Shown piece by piece: positions 9,147-18,122 of a stretch of DNA of 51,046 bases. Source of the DNA: a virus. The notes below the pieces were generated by a model. That model had not been told where the DNA came from, made no database searches, and saw nothing but the letters and a program-made list of their open reading frames with translations. The position numbers and the translations under genes were made by a program. The stretch lies in the UHGV virus genome UHGV-1266211; one strand, written 5' to 3'. Every line of letters starts with the position of its first letter. The stretch's first letter is position 1.

Positions 9147-9830
9147 TTACAATCGGTTATACTTTATTGATTCATGAATCAATGCCTTACCCATTACGTA
9201 GAGTTGATCCTGATTACCTTCGTTAATGTACCACTTCTCATAAGCTGAGTTATCAGACAAAACTGCCAACCTATCGCCCTGCATCTGCAAGCGCTTCACA
9301 TGGAAATGTTGTCCGAAAACGAACGCATAAACACCGTCGACCTTGAAGTTTCTTACAGAAATATCGAAAAACAATCTGTCACCAGACTGTATAGTTGGAC
9401 ACATGCTGTCGCCATCGACCGTCATTACTTTTACGTCTTCCTGAGAACGATTTCCGAAGAGTGAACGAGCGTGTTCGGTTGTGAACTCAATGGCGTGTAG
9501 AACCTCAACAAACTCAGAAATCATGAAAGAACCTGGCCCCGCGCTAAATGTCAGGTCAAGTACGTCAACTCTGAATATGTTTGAGTCTTTTTTTGTCGCG
9601 GTAATGGGAGGCGGTAGCTGGCCATCGTTACGCATCGGTCCGGATCCCGTGGAAAGCCATTCAGGGCGAACATTGAGAACAGAAGCTATCTCGACCGTTT
9701 TTCTTGAGCTTGATGCACCATTTAGCAGCTTGTTAACACTTGACTGTGCCATGCCAACTGCCTTAGCTAGCTTGCCCTGTGTATAACCCGCCTCATTCAT
9801 TGCGCGATCTAATCGCTCAGAAAAACTCAT
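9147..9830 (-). CDS. cI: CI-like prophage repressor (HTH-XRE N-terminus, S24 LexA-like peptidase C-terminus)
   Basis: N-terminal ...GYTQGKLAKAVGMAQSSVNKL HTH; C-terminal ...DGDSMCPTI...KR catalytic Ser/Lys pattern. Confidence 0.9.
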   Translation of the reverse strand: MSFSERLDRAMNEAGYTQGKLAKAVGMAQSSVNKLLNGASSSRKTVEIASVLNVRPEWLSTGSGPMRNDGQLPPPITATKKDSNIFRVDVLDLTFSAGPGSFMISEFVEVLHAIEFTTEHARSLFGNRSQEDVKVMTVDGDSMCPTIQSGDRLFFDISVRNFKVDGVYAFVFGQHFHVKRLQMQGDRLAVLSDNSAYEKWYINEGNQDQLYVMGKALIHESIKYNRL

Positions 9831-9863
9831 TAAAGATACCCCCTAATAACCTTCATAAATATT

Positions 9864-9904
9864 ATCGCCACAGCGATTAATAAGCAAAAAATCGCATAGG
9901 CGAT
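9864..9904. promoter_or_regulatory. OR operators: two perfect 14-bp palindromes ATCGC-N4-GCGAT
   Basis: ATCGCcacaGCGAT 9864-9877 and ATCGCatagGCGAT 9891-9904 in the cI-cro divergent intergenic region. Confidence 0.55.
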
Positions 9905-9959
9905 TGACATTCGTTAAAGCGATAAACATAATCAACCTAAATTGATAGAAGGAGCGATT

Positions 9960-10190
9960 ATGAAAAACCCTGCTGTAGAAAAAGCGATTGCAATCGCCGG
10001 TAGTCAGAAAGAGCTAGCGAAGCGATGTGGTAAGGCCCAATCCACGGTCTGTGACTGGTTAAATGGGAAAAAACAAATCTCCCCGATCCATGTTCCTGTT
10101 TTGGTAAAGGCAAGCGAAGGACAGATTCAAGCTCATGAATTCCGTCCCGACCTTCCTGAATTGTTTCCGCATCCACATTCAGCCGCCTGA
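9960..10190 (+). CDS. cro: Cro/YdaS-like HTH regulator
   Basis: 76 aa, AAGGAG RBS; ...GSQKELAKRCGKAQSTVCDWLNGKK HTH; divergent from cI. Confidence 0.75.
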   Translation: MKNPAVEKAIAIAGSQKELAKRCGKAQSTVCDWLNGKKQISPIHVPVLVKASEGQIQAHEFRPDLPELFPHPHSAA

Positions 10191-10221
10191 CCGGCGGCGC
10201 TAACCATCAAGGGAAAGCACT

Positions 10222-10761
10222 ATGCAATCACTTACGTTTTACCAGGATACAGGATTGCCGCAGCAGGCGGTGATAAATCGTGCTCAAGCGTGCAAGGGAC
10301 CTAGCCATGAAGATATTCGTGATGCCGTTCGCTCATGGGCGGGTGTAGATGGTCAGGATGTCGTTTCTGCTCTGATCATCGAAGAGTACCAGGCGCAGGG
10401 TGGTGATGACATCACTTTCCCTGATGATCTCTGCCGAAAGCGCCAGAAGCTGTTTCGCTTCCTGGACAACCACTTCAACAGCGAGCGTTACCGCGAGAAC
10501 GTCCGCCAGCTGACTCCGGCAATCCTCGCTGTCCTGCCGATTGAATACCGCAATCGTCTGCTACCAGAAGACAACGTAATGGCTCGTCTGGCAAGGCTGG
10601 AGAAGGAAACCAGCGAAGCGAAGATTGCTGTCGCAATGGATGCGCCACGTCATCAGAAGCTGAAAGAGTTGAGCGAGGGGATCGTGGAGATGTATCGCGT
10701 TGACCCTGGGTTAACCGGTCCGTTGATGGAAATAGTGCAGATTATGCTGGGGGCTATATGA
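10222..10761 (+). CDS. YdaT-like regulator (CII position)
   Basis: 179 aa; ...LTPAILAVLPIEYRNRL resembles the Rac YdaT family; follows the cro-like gene. Confidence 0.55.
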   Translation: MQSLTFYQDTGLPQQAVINRAQACKGPSHEDIRDAVRSWAGVDGQDVVSALIIEEYQAQGGDDITFPDDLCRKRQKLFRFLDNHFNSERYRENVRQLTPAILAVLPIEYRNRLLPEDNVMARLARLEKETSEAKIAVAMDAPRHQKLKELSEGIVEMYRVDPGLTGPLMEIVQIMLGAI

Positions 10762-10845
10762 CCGGTTCAAAAATGGCGAAAGCCGCGGTGCTCGAACACC
10801 AACGGCTTTCAGGTGCAAAAACAGTGCGTAATTGCGGAGAACAGT

Positions 10846-11754
10846 ATGTCAAACACCGCTGAAATAATCAATTTCCCAAATAAAACCGAACAACCGGGAG
10901 GTCGTATGACCGACCTGTCGAACGGGTATACCAAGGTCGCTAACGAGATCCAACAGCTTAAGCCTCGCCTGAGACTGTCAGGCCGGGAATGGCAATGTTT
11001 TGAGGCGGTGATCTGGCTTACCTACGGCTGGAACAAGAAACAGGACCGCGTGACAAATACGGTTATTGCCGAGCTTACGGGCCTGAGCGATACGCATGTA
11101 TCGGACGCGCTTAAGTCTCTCGCAGAACGCAAAATCATCTTTTCACAGAAGCAGGGCATGATGAAAATCGTCGGTGTAAACACTGACCTTTCAGCATGGA
11201 TTTTAGACAAACCGGAAACGGGAAGAAAATTCCCGAAAACGGGAAAATCCTTCCCGAAATCAGGAATAACCTTCCCGAAAACGGTAGACACCCAATACAA
11301 GAACAAGAACAGTATTAAAAGATCTTCGTCCGAGAATTCTGACGAATCCTCTGACGCACGTCTGAAGAAATTTTTATCAACTCATCCTGAAGCTGCGGTC
11401 TACACACCATCCGGTGCGAAGTGGGGCTCTGCTGAAGACCTCGAGACAGCTAAGTGGATTTCCTCCAGGGTGAAGCTGATTAACCCAACCTGCAAAGCCC
11501 CGGACATGACCTCCTGGTCTAACACTGTTCGCCTGATGCGCCAGATAGACAACCGGTCGCACCAGGACATCTGCGCGCTGTATGACTGGGCTAGCAAACA
11601 CCACTTCTGGCAGACCAACATCCTGAGTCCCGAAAGCCTGCGTAAGCAGTGGGACAAGCTGACAATGCAGCGTAACGCCGGAGGTGAGCAGCGCGCTGTC
11701 AAGCCAGATCTGGACTTCAACAACACTGACTGGGCCTATGGGGTGATCCGATGA
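10846..11754 (+). CDS. O: Replication initiator, lambda O-like (replisome organiser N-terminal domain)
   Basis: GGAG RBS then ATG 10846; ...LSGREWQCFEAVIWLTYGWNKK... N-domain; iterons inside the gene. Confidence 0.8.
   Translation: MSNTAEIINFPNKTEQPGGRMTDLSNGYTKVANEIQQLKPRLRLSGREWQCFEAVIWLTYGWNKKQDRVTNTVIAELTGLSDTHVSDALKSLAERKIIFSQKQGMMKIVGVNTDLSAWILDKPETGRKFPKTGKSFPKSGITFPKTVDTQYKNKNSIKRSSSENSDESSDARLKKFLSTHPEAAVYTPSGAKWGSAEDLETAKWISSRVKLINPTCKAPDMTSWSNTVRLMRQIDNRSHQDICALYDWASKHHFWQTNILSPESLRKQWDKLTMQRNAGGEQRAVKPDLDFNNTDWAYGVIR
11212..11287 (+). repeat. Origin iterons inside the O gene
   Basis: Four ~16-bp repeats (t)tcccgaaa(a/t)c(g/a)gg spaced ~20 bp. Confidence 0.55.
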
Positions 11755-12440
11755 AATCTCTTGCAGAGCAGATGCGTAACCACGACCGCGAGCAGATGAG
11801 CCGCATGGCCCATAACCTGCCAGAGCAGTACCAGGAGTGCGCGCCGGTCGAGCAGGTGGCGCAGGTATTCAACAAGCTGTTCAACGAGCTGCGCGCCGCG
11901 TTCCCGGCCAGCATGGCGAACTTCCGCACCCAGGAAGACCTGAACGAATTCCGCCGTCAGTGGCTGCTGGCGTTTCAGGAGAACGGGATCCACACCATGG
12001 CTCAGGTCGATGCCGGCATGCGCATTGCCCGCCGCCAGGAGCGCCCATTCCTGCCGTCGCCGGGCCAGTTCGTCGCCTGGTGCAAGCAGAGCGGCGGCGC
12101 GCTGGGCGTCAACGTTGACCAGGTGATCGCCGAATACTGGGACTGGCGTAACCGCTCGTTCGAATTCATCTCCAGCGAGCAATTTCCATGGTCGCAGCCG
12201 GTCATGTACCACATTTGCGTAGAATTGCGCCACCGCAGCACCGAGCGCCAGTTAACGCATGGTGAACTGGCACGCGAGGCAGGCGATCTGCTGGACATGT
12301 GGGAAAGGCGCGTCACCGAGGGTAAGCCAGTGCCGCCGGTACGCCGGGCTATTGCCGCACCAGCTGCCGAGCAAGGGCCGACGCCGATCCAGCTGCTGCT
12401 GGCCAAGTACAACCGCAACAAGTCGAACGGGATGGTGTGA
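11751..12440 (+). CDS. P: Replication protein P (helicase loader)
   Basis: Collinear similarity to lambda P: ...DREQM.R.A.N.PEQY ... RRQERPFLPSPGQFVAWC ...; ATGA overlap with O. Confidence 0.85.
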   Translation: MKSLAEQMRNHDREQMSRMAHNLPEQYQECAPVEQVAQVFNKLFNELRAAFPASMANFRTQEDLNEFRRQWLLAFQENGIHTMAQVDAGMRIARRQERPFLPSPGQFVAWCKQSGGALGVNVDQVIAEYWDWRNRSFEFISSEQFPWSQPVMYHICVELRHRSTERQLTHGELAREAGDLLDMWERRVTEGKPVPPVRRAIAAPAAEQGPTPIQLLLAKYNRNKSNGMV

Positions 12441-12786
12441 CATGAACATAACAATCCGTGAGCAGGTGCTGGCAGCCCTGCGCAACAACCCAGGGTTGAA
12501 CAACGCCAAACTGGCAGGGCTTATCGGCATGGACACCAAAAAGATATCCGGAACGGTGAGCACGCTGCTGGCAGACGGCCTGATCCGCTGCGAAGGAAAA
12601 TACGGCCAGCGCCTTTACAGCCTGACCAGCTACGGAATGCGCTTCGCCCCTGACACGATACCTGGCATGAAGCAGGGTAAGTCGAAGTTAATTCAGCGGA
12701 CGGACACAAACGTGATCTGCCAGGAGTGCCGCAACAGCGCGGCGATGAGAAGGGTATTGATGGTTTGGGGGAGGGTAGGGGTATGA
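12441..12786 (+). CDS. Hypothetical winged-helix-like protein
   Basis: 115 aa from ATG 12441 immediately after P. Confidence 0.45.
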
Positions 12787-12980
12787 AAATCGAAGATATC
12801 AAAAACGTCGCGGTGTTCTTCAATATGAACGGCAAGACAGTAGCGTTACGAATGGATGCTGAGCAGAAGCGGATCGTCGCATTAATGGCGCTTAACACGG
12901 CTGATGCTCGGGCAGAACTGATTGAAGTGCCGCACATGACTTTACCAGCAGACCCAGCCATGGAGGAGGCCGCCCAATGA
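12783..12980 (+). CDS. Hypothetical small protein
   Basis: 65 aa, coupled to neighbours. Confidence 0.4.
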   Translation: MKIEDIKNVAVFFNMNGKTVALRMDAEQKRIVALMALNTADARAELIEVPHMTLPADPAMEEAAQ

Positions 12981-13522
12981 GCAACATCGACAAACGTGGA
13001 TTACGGGAAGCAGCGGAGAAGGCGACGAAAGGCCGGTGGGCTGTTGAGTTCGACGATGAGATTTACTCCACTGACGGCGTGAACCATGAGCAAATAGCCA
13101 TGGTATTCAGTGAAAACGAAGCGCGTGATGCTGCATTTATCGCCGCAGCCAACCCCGCCACCGTGCTGGCGCTGCTGGATGAGCTGGAAGCCGCAGAGAA
13201 GCGCATAGCAGAACTGGAGGCGCGTTCATTCAATCCAGCAATTCTGGATGTGGTAGCCGAACGTCAGCGGCAACAGTCGGTTGAAGGATGGACTCCTGAA
13301 CATGACAACGCATATCAAAATAGCGAATTAGCAGATGCAGCGGCTTGTTACGCAATTCATGCGCACAACCAAGGTTTCTCCACTCCAGCACATTGGCCGT
13401 GGTCGCCTGATTGGTGGAAGCAATCAGGAGCACGCTGCGACTTGGTAAAAGCTGGCGCTCTTATTCTGGCAGAAATTGAACGCATTGACCGCGCCGCTGG
13501 CATTGGCGTGAAGGGGGAATGA
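12977..13522 (+). CDS. Ead/Ea22-like protein (tentative)
   Basis: 181 aa; ...KATKGRWAVEF... N-terminus and coiled-coil, nin-region position. Confidence 0.45.
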   Translation: MSNIDKRGLREAAEKATKGRWAVEFDDEIYSTDGVNHEQIAMVFSENEARDAAFIAAANPATVLALLDELEAAEKRIAELEARSFNPAILDVVAERQRQQSVEGWTPEHDNAYQNSELADAAACYAIHAHNQGFSTPAHWPWSPDWWKQSGARCDLVKAGALILAEIERIDRAAGIGVKGE

Positions 13523-13523
13523 G

Positions 13524-13901
13524 ATGGCACTGACGAAAAAACAGCGTGCAGAACTGCGCATGAAGTTTGGCGGTCGCTGTGCTTATTGCGGCTGTGAACT
13601 TGGCGATAAGTGGCATGCAGACCATGTAGAAGCGGTACGAAGAAATATCAGCAACGGCTACGCAATGGACAGGCCAGAAAATGACACGGTCAGCAACATG
13701 GTTCCAGCATGCATTCCATGCAACTTGTTCAAAATGTGCAGCACAGTAGAAGACTTTCGCAGCCGCATAGCCACTCAGGTTGATGTAACTCGCCGTGCGT
13801 CAAGAAGTTACCGCACAGCGGAATCATTTGGCCTGGTTAAACAGACTAACGCACCAGTTGTGTTCTGGTTCGAGCGGTATCAAGAGGGGGATAACTTGTG
13901 A
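13524..13901 (+). CDS. HNH endonuclease
   Basis: CAYCGC ... HADH ... CIPCN motif set. Confidence 0.8.
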   Translation: MALTKKQRAELRMKFGGRCAYCGCELGDKWHADHVEAVRRNISNGYAMDRPENDTVSNMVPACIPCNLFKMCSTVEDFRSRIATQVDVTRRASRSYRTAESFGLVKQTNAPVVFWFERYQEGDNL

Positions 13902-14116
13902 CCAAAATGTTCCTGAAGAATTATCCGCGCCAAAGCCGTGTTAAAGAGGCTCTATTTTTCCTTCTCTTTCTTATTTTAATGATTCCAATATCACCGATAG
14001 TCCTCATCTGGTTAGCAGGAGAACAGGCAGAAAAGATAGCTGAGTGGTATAGCTCCATCGTATGGGGGCCATTTAACAAACTGCACAACAAATTAAATCC
14101 GTACAGGGAGGACTAA
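13898..14116 (+). CDS. Small membrane protein
   Basis: 72 aa, hydrophobic FFLLFLILMIPISPIVLIWLAG segment. Confidence 0.45.
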   Translation: MTKMFLKNYPRQSRVKEALFFLLFLILMIPISPIVLIWLAGEQAEKIAEWYSSIVWGPFNKLHNKLNPYRED

Positions 14117-14119
14117 CCC

Positions 14120-14572
14120 ATGACAACTAACAACCACCCGGCGCACGGTCCTGTATCACTCGATCGCCTGCACCAGATAAGCGAAATACTCAGCAACGCA
14201 GCAGCACAAAGCGACGGCGGTAATCTCGGCTATGCAATGGCTGATGCTGTGAAGGTGATTGATGGAGTTCTGGAGTCGATGGCCCGTGAGCAAGTACGCC
14301 GTGAGCATGCTACATGGTCACAGGCTACTTTCGGCGATGTCGGTCCAGTTGGTCCGCTGAAGCACCTTTCCAAAGAAGCGCTCGAGGCGGCAGCTGAACC
14401 AAGTGACCTTACCGAATGGGCTGACATGCAATTCCTGTTATGGGATGCGCAACGTCGTGCCGGTATCAGTGATGAGCAGATTACCCTGGCGATGGTAGAA
14501 AAGTTGGCGGTTAACAAACAGCGCGAATGGCCTGAGCCGAAAGATGGTGAGCCGCGTCTGCACATCAAGTAG
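14120..14572 (+). CDS. DUF550-like protein (putative nucleotide pyrophosphohydrolase N-domain; tentative)
   Basis: 150 aa; ...EWADMQFLLWDA... recalled as typical of the family. Confidence 0.5.
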   Translation: MTTNNHPAHGPVSLDRLHQISEILSNAAAQSDGGNLGYAMADAVKVIDGVLESMAREQVRREHATWSQATFGDVGPVGPLKHLSKEALEAAAEPSDLTEWADMQFLLWDAQRRAGISDEQITLAMVEKLAVNKQREWPEPKDGEPRLHIK

Positions 14573-14625
14573 ACTCTTATGGATAATTGAACCCTAATTC
14601 ATTATGAACATAATAAGGAGTCCTT

Positions 14626-14946
14626 ATGTCTTACATAATGCCTGAAAAAGGCCAAATGAATGAATATGGAATTGAGGCTTTCGGGATCCCGCTTACCAGT
14701 AGGCATGGAGTTGCGATGGAACTGTCTCAAATGCTACGTTTTTCTTACTATGTAGCTTCAGTTGGGCTTGTAAAATGTATTGAAAGTGTCTTCTATGATT
14801 CAGGCTCTTGCTGCTGTAATTTTGAATTTATTCCCGGGTTTAATGAGTATTCGGAGGAGGCAGAAAAAATTAGACAGTGCGCGCTACGTTCGATTGGGCA
14901 ATTTGAATGGTTCGGTATGATTGAACACGGCGACATCAACGGCTAA
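14626..14946 (+). CDS. Hypothetical protein in AT-rich island
   Basis: 106 aa, AT-rich codon usage, followed by a terminator. Confidence 0.4.
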   Translation: MSYIMPEKGQMNEYGIEAFGIPLTSRHGVAMELSQMLRFSYYVASVGLVKCIESVFYDSGSCCCNFEFIPGFNEYSEEAEKIRQCALRSIGQFEWFGMIEHGDING

Positions 14947-14976
14947 GTGTTTAACTCCAATAGCAAACGAATAAAA

Positions 14977-14999
14977 GCCTCTAAGTTAGAGGTTTTTTA
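14977..14999 (+). terminator. Rho-independent terminator
   Basis: cctctaa-g-ttagagg hairpin plus T6. Confidence 0.6.
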
Positions 15000-15137
15000 T
15001 GTCTGAAAGGTAGCATTACCAAGTCTATGGTTGCCTAGCTCAGTCAGGCTTGTATTTGGTTGCTTAGCAATCAACTCATGCGACATGAGCGGGATCTTTC
15101 TAATCATCATTTTCGGTAAATGATTTTGGTTGCTTGG

Positions 15138-15168
15138 TTGACAAAATCGAGAAAATGCGAAAATATAT
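15138..15168 (+). promoter_or_regulatory. Sigma70-like promoter for the 15202-16936 operon
   Basis: TTGACA 15138-15143, 17-nt spacer, AAATAT/ATATAT -10; 11-bp palindrome TTGCT-T-AGCAA upstream at 15059-15069. Confidence 0.3.
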
Positions 15169-15201
15169 GGTTTACGAATTCCAAAAAAAGCGAAACTTGA
15201 A

Positions 15202-15852
15202 ATGAGCGACAACCAGTTAGCACCTTGTTGGGAATTTCAGCCTTACCTTGCTGAAAGCAATGTTCGTCAGTTGTTAGCGGAAATTGCTAATGTACTCGAG
15301 CAATTGTACTACCACAAACACACACTGGACAGTAACTGGTCCGAAGGTGTAAGGGCTTATGATTGGGTCAGAAATCATTTGATTCAAAGTGAAGGGACAC
15401 TGCCGGGTCTGGAAATGGTTTCGAAGGGACTGGATTATGTGGTTGCGTTAAATAAAGTGCCGCTGCAGTTCTCCAAAGATTGCATTAATAACCCGAAGAA
15501 GAAGCATCGCCTTCTTCGAAATAGGGTGGAGCATGAGCAACTTTCATTGTTCGGTGAAACTGAAGCCGAGCAAGATATTACATGGCGGATCATCGCCGAA
15601 CCATTTTTATCCGATGAAGAAGATGGCGAGCTGGAATCAACATTGCCTCGCTGGGAAGTGGCTTTAGTTGGGTTTAACGCATATGGTGCCCAGATCAGTA
15701 TGGTTTCACACCAATCTACTGCTTCAGCGCCGCTTATGTCTCTTGATACCAACACTCTTCCGGATGAAGCTGAGATTGGCAAAGCCTCTCTTCGCCGCCG
15801 TAAAAAAGATCAAGATTTGGATGTGAGCAGTAATGGAACATCAAGTGAATGA
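15202..15852 (+). CDS. Unknown acidic protein, upstream partner of the HTH-ImmA fusion
   Basis: 216 aa, no recognisable motif; 20-bp overlap with the downstream gene. Confidence 0.6.
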   Translation: MSDNQLAPCWEFQPYLAESNVRQLLAEIANVLEQLYYHKHTLDSNWSEGVRAYDWVRNHLIQSEGTLPGLEMVSKGLDYVVALNKVPLQFSKDCINNPKKKHRLLRNRVEHEQLSLFGETEAEQDITWRIIAEPFLSDEEDGELESTLPRWEVALVGFNAYGAQISMVSHQSTASAPLMSLDTNTLPDEAEIGKASLRRRKKDQDLDVSSNGTSSE

Positions 15853-16936
15853 CTTTGCTGAGTATCGTGGGGATAAGCTCAAATTAGCCAGAATGGCTGT
15901 TGGGCTCTCCTGCGAAGAGTTAGCGGAGAAAATTGGTAAAACAAAACAATTCGTTAGCAAATTGGAAAAAGGGTTTAAACCATCAGAACAGTTGTTAGAA
16001 TTAATCTCATCTGCGCTGATGATTAAATCTGATTTCCTATTTACTGAACGAAAATATGCTTTAGAAAGCGATGTTTGCCATTTTCGGAGTAAAAAATCGA
16101 GAACCCAAACATTAACCAATAGTGTTCTGGCAAGGGCGGAGATTCTTAACATTATAATCTCTGCCGTTGAGGGAGAAATCGAGTTTCCTGATGTTTGCAT
16201 ACCTGAGCACCCCGGTGCTGAATTGCTGACTCCAAATGATATTGAACGTGTAGCGGAAGACTGCAGAAGAGCATGGAACTTAGGGCTGGGACCTATATCC
16301 TCAATGGTCAAACTGGCTGAGAGTTTGGGGGTTATTGTTGCTCATGTGACAGGAGTGGATGACCGCGTAGATGCTTTTACTGTTCATAACAACAGGCCAG
16401 TAATCATCCGAAATAACGTCAAAAAGAGTATATGCAGATTCCGATCAGATTTAGGTCACGAATTGGGGCACTTGGTTATGCACGAAGGTATAACCACAGG
16501 AGATAAAGTGACTGAATCGCAAGCGGATCGTTTTTCAAGCGCGTTGCTAGTTCCTCGATTGTCCTTTATTAAAGAGTTTCCCCGTATACGAGGAAGACAG
16601 TTCGATTGGAACGCCCTAGTTGAGTTTAAGCTTCGGTGGAAGATTAGTCTTAAAATGTGCATTTACCGAGCAACAACTCTAGGCCTGCTGACGCAGGAGC
16701 AGGCAAGAACAGGTTATATGCATTTGAACTCTAAAGGATATACGAAAGTTGAACCAGGAGATGAATTTATTCGCCCGGAAGAACCGAGTATGTTAGCTGA
16801 GGCGATTGAAATGCTGGATGATGCAACATGGATGAGCATTCTCATGAAAACTGGTTTAAGCCAGGAGTTGGTTAGGGAGTTATTCTCGGTAAACCGCCCA
16901 CTGTCAAATCCAAGAAATCTACTTCAACTGGTTTGA
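15833..16936 (+). CDS. HTH-XRE + ImmA/IrrE-family (COG2856) Zn-metallopeptidase fusion protein
   Basis: N-terminal ...LSCEELAEKIGKTKQFVSKLEKG HTH; HELGHLVMHE (HExxH) and downstream E in the peptidase domain. Confidence 0.85.
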   Translation: MEHQVNDFAEYRGDKLKLARMAVGLSCEELAEKIGKTKQFVSKLEKGFKPSEQLLELISSALMIKSDFLFTERKYALESDVCHFRSKKSRTQTLTNSVLARAEILNIIISAVEGEIEFPDVCIPEHPGAELLTPNDIERVAEDCRRAWNLGLGPISSMVKLAESLGVIVAHVTGVDDRVDAFTVHNNRPVIIRNNVKKSICRFRSDLGHELGHLVMHEGITTGDKVTESQADRFSSALLVPRLSFIKEFPRIRGRQFDWNALVEFKLRWKISLKMCIYRATTLGLLTQEQARTGYMHLNSKGYTKVEPGDEFIRPEEPSMLAEAIEMLDDATWMSILMKTGLSQELVRELFSVNRPLSNPRNLLQLV

Positions 16937-16953
16937 CTCAAAGCTTGTAATAA

Positions 16954-16978
16954 ACCCGCTATATGCGGGTTTTTTCTT
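16954..16978 (+). terminator. Rho-independent terminator
   Basis: acccgc-tatat-gcgggt plus T-run. Confidence 0.65.
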
Positions 16979-17180
16979 TCTGGTAGCGCGCTGCGGTAAC
17001 GCGGTGCCACCGCCGTTCGCTGAAGCGCTGGTGCGTGCTAATTTGCCGGAACTATGCCAATCGAAACAAATAGCGGCTTAGAGTCTGAGTTTCAGGGCAG
17101 GACGTAACAAATCCTGCTACTTCAATGACGTAGATTTAAACTTGATATAATTGGGCTCCAATCGACAAAGGAGCTATAAA

Positions 17181-17417
17181 ATGCATCACTATATATTTCC
17201 ACGCAATAACGGCATAACACTGATTAAAACTGAGGAATTTATTCCTCAAGGCTCAATTTACGATATAGATGGTGGAGACCATTTGTGTATGCATGTGACG
17301 CTTAAAGATGGTACTTACGGGTATCTTCTACCTGTAGGAACCGCCTACAATCATCAATGGGTCATTGGACAAATAAACGCTGTTCGCCCAAATCCACTGG
17401 CATTTGATATCAACTAG
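17181..17417 (+). CDS. Hypothetical small protein
   Basis: AAGGAG RBS then ATG 17181; 78 aa. Confidence 0.4.
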   Translation: MHHYIFPRNNGITLIKTEEFIPQGSIYDIDGGDHLCMHVTLKDGTYGYLLPVGTAYNHQWVIGQINAVRPNPLAFDIN

Positions 17418-17449
17418 CCAGATATTGAGATGAATATTTGAAAACTACA

Positions 17450-17472
17450 AAACCGCTTCGGCGGTTTTTCTT
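17450..17472 (+). terminator. Rho-independent terminator
   Basis: accgc-ttcg-gcggt plus T5. Confidence 0.6.
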
Positions 17473-17509
17473 TGTATAATCCTTCTCAAAGCATTGAGGG
17501 GGATTCATC

Positions 17510-17767
17510 ATGTCTAGCCATAACATCGCAGCAAAATCAAAAGAAGAACAGGACAAGGTGAACGTTGACCTTGCTGCTTCTGGTGTGGCGTACAAAGAAC
17601 GCCTAAACATGCCAGTTATCGCTGAGCAGGTGGCCCGCGAGCAGCCAGAGAATCTTCGCGAATACTTCATGGAGCGCGTTCGTTACTACCGCGAGCAGAG
17701 CCTGACGCTGCCGAAAGCATCCGATTCGCGTTATCTGGATATGGCTGCGCAGAATGAGAAGAAGTAA
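17510..17767 (+). CDS. Hypothetical protein
   Basis: 85-aa ORF with RBS (GAGGGGGA). Confidence 0.45.
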   Translation: MSSHNIAAKSKEEQDKVNVDLAASGVAYKERLNMPVIAEQVAREQPENLREYFMERVRYYREQSLTLPKASDSRYLDMAAQNEKK

Positions 17768-18021
17768 TGGGCTGCCTCATTGTAAGCGGAATCAAGTTTT
17801 ACGTTCTGGCAGAAGGTGACTCATATCCCGATCCGCATAATGATAATCGGTATGTCGGTGCATATGCCGTATTCCCGTTTGAGGGAAAGTGGGTTGCTCA
17901 GAAGTATTTCAGGGGAGGACGCTGGAGTGATATCACCGAACGCCGATTTAACACTGAAAACGAGGCATTCAACTTCACATACGAATACGCGTTTCTCCCG
18001 GAAAACCGCTACAAATATTAA
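17767..18021 (+). CDS. Hypothetical protein
   Basis: 84-aa ORF coupled to the upstream gene. Confidence 0.45.
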   Translation: MGCLIVSGIKFYVLAEGDSYPDPHNDNRYVGAYAVFPFEGKWVAQKYFRGGRWSDITERRFNTENEAFNFTYEYAFLPENRYKY

Positions 18022-18122
18022 TCAGTTCAGCTAAAAGCAACATTTGATTTTCCATTATCAGCTGTACATAATGTCAGTGTCAGCCTGAACAACTGACAAC
18101 TTGATGCGCCACGGAGAGTACC

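Noticed and set aside
11736-12563. Multiple long minus-strand and alternative-frame ORFs inside O and P
   Set aside because: GC-rich antisense shadows of well-supported O and P genes.
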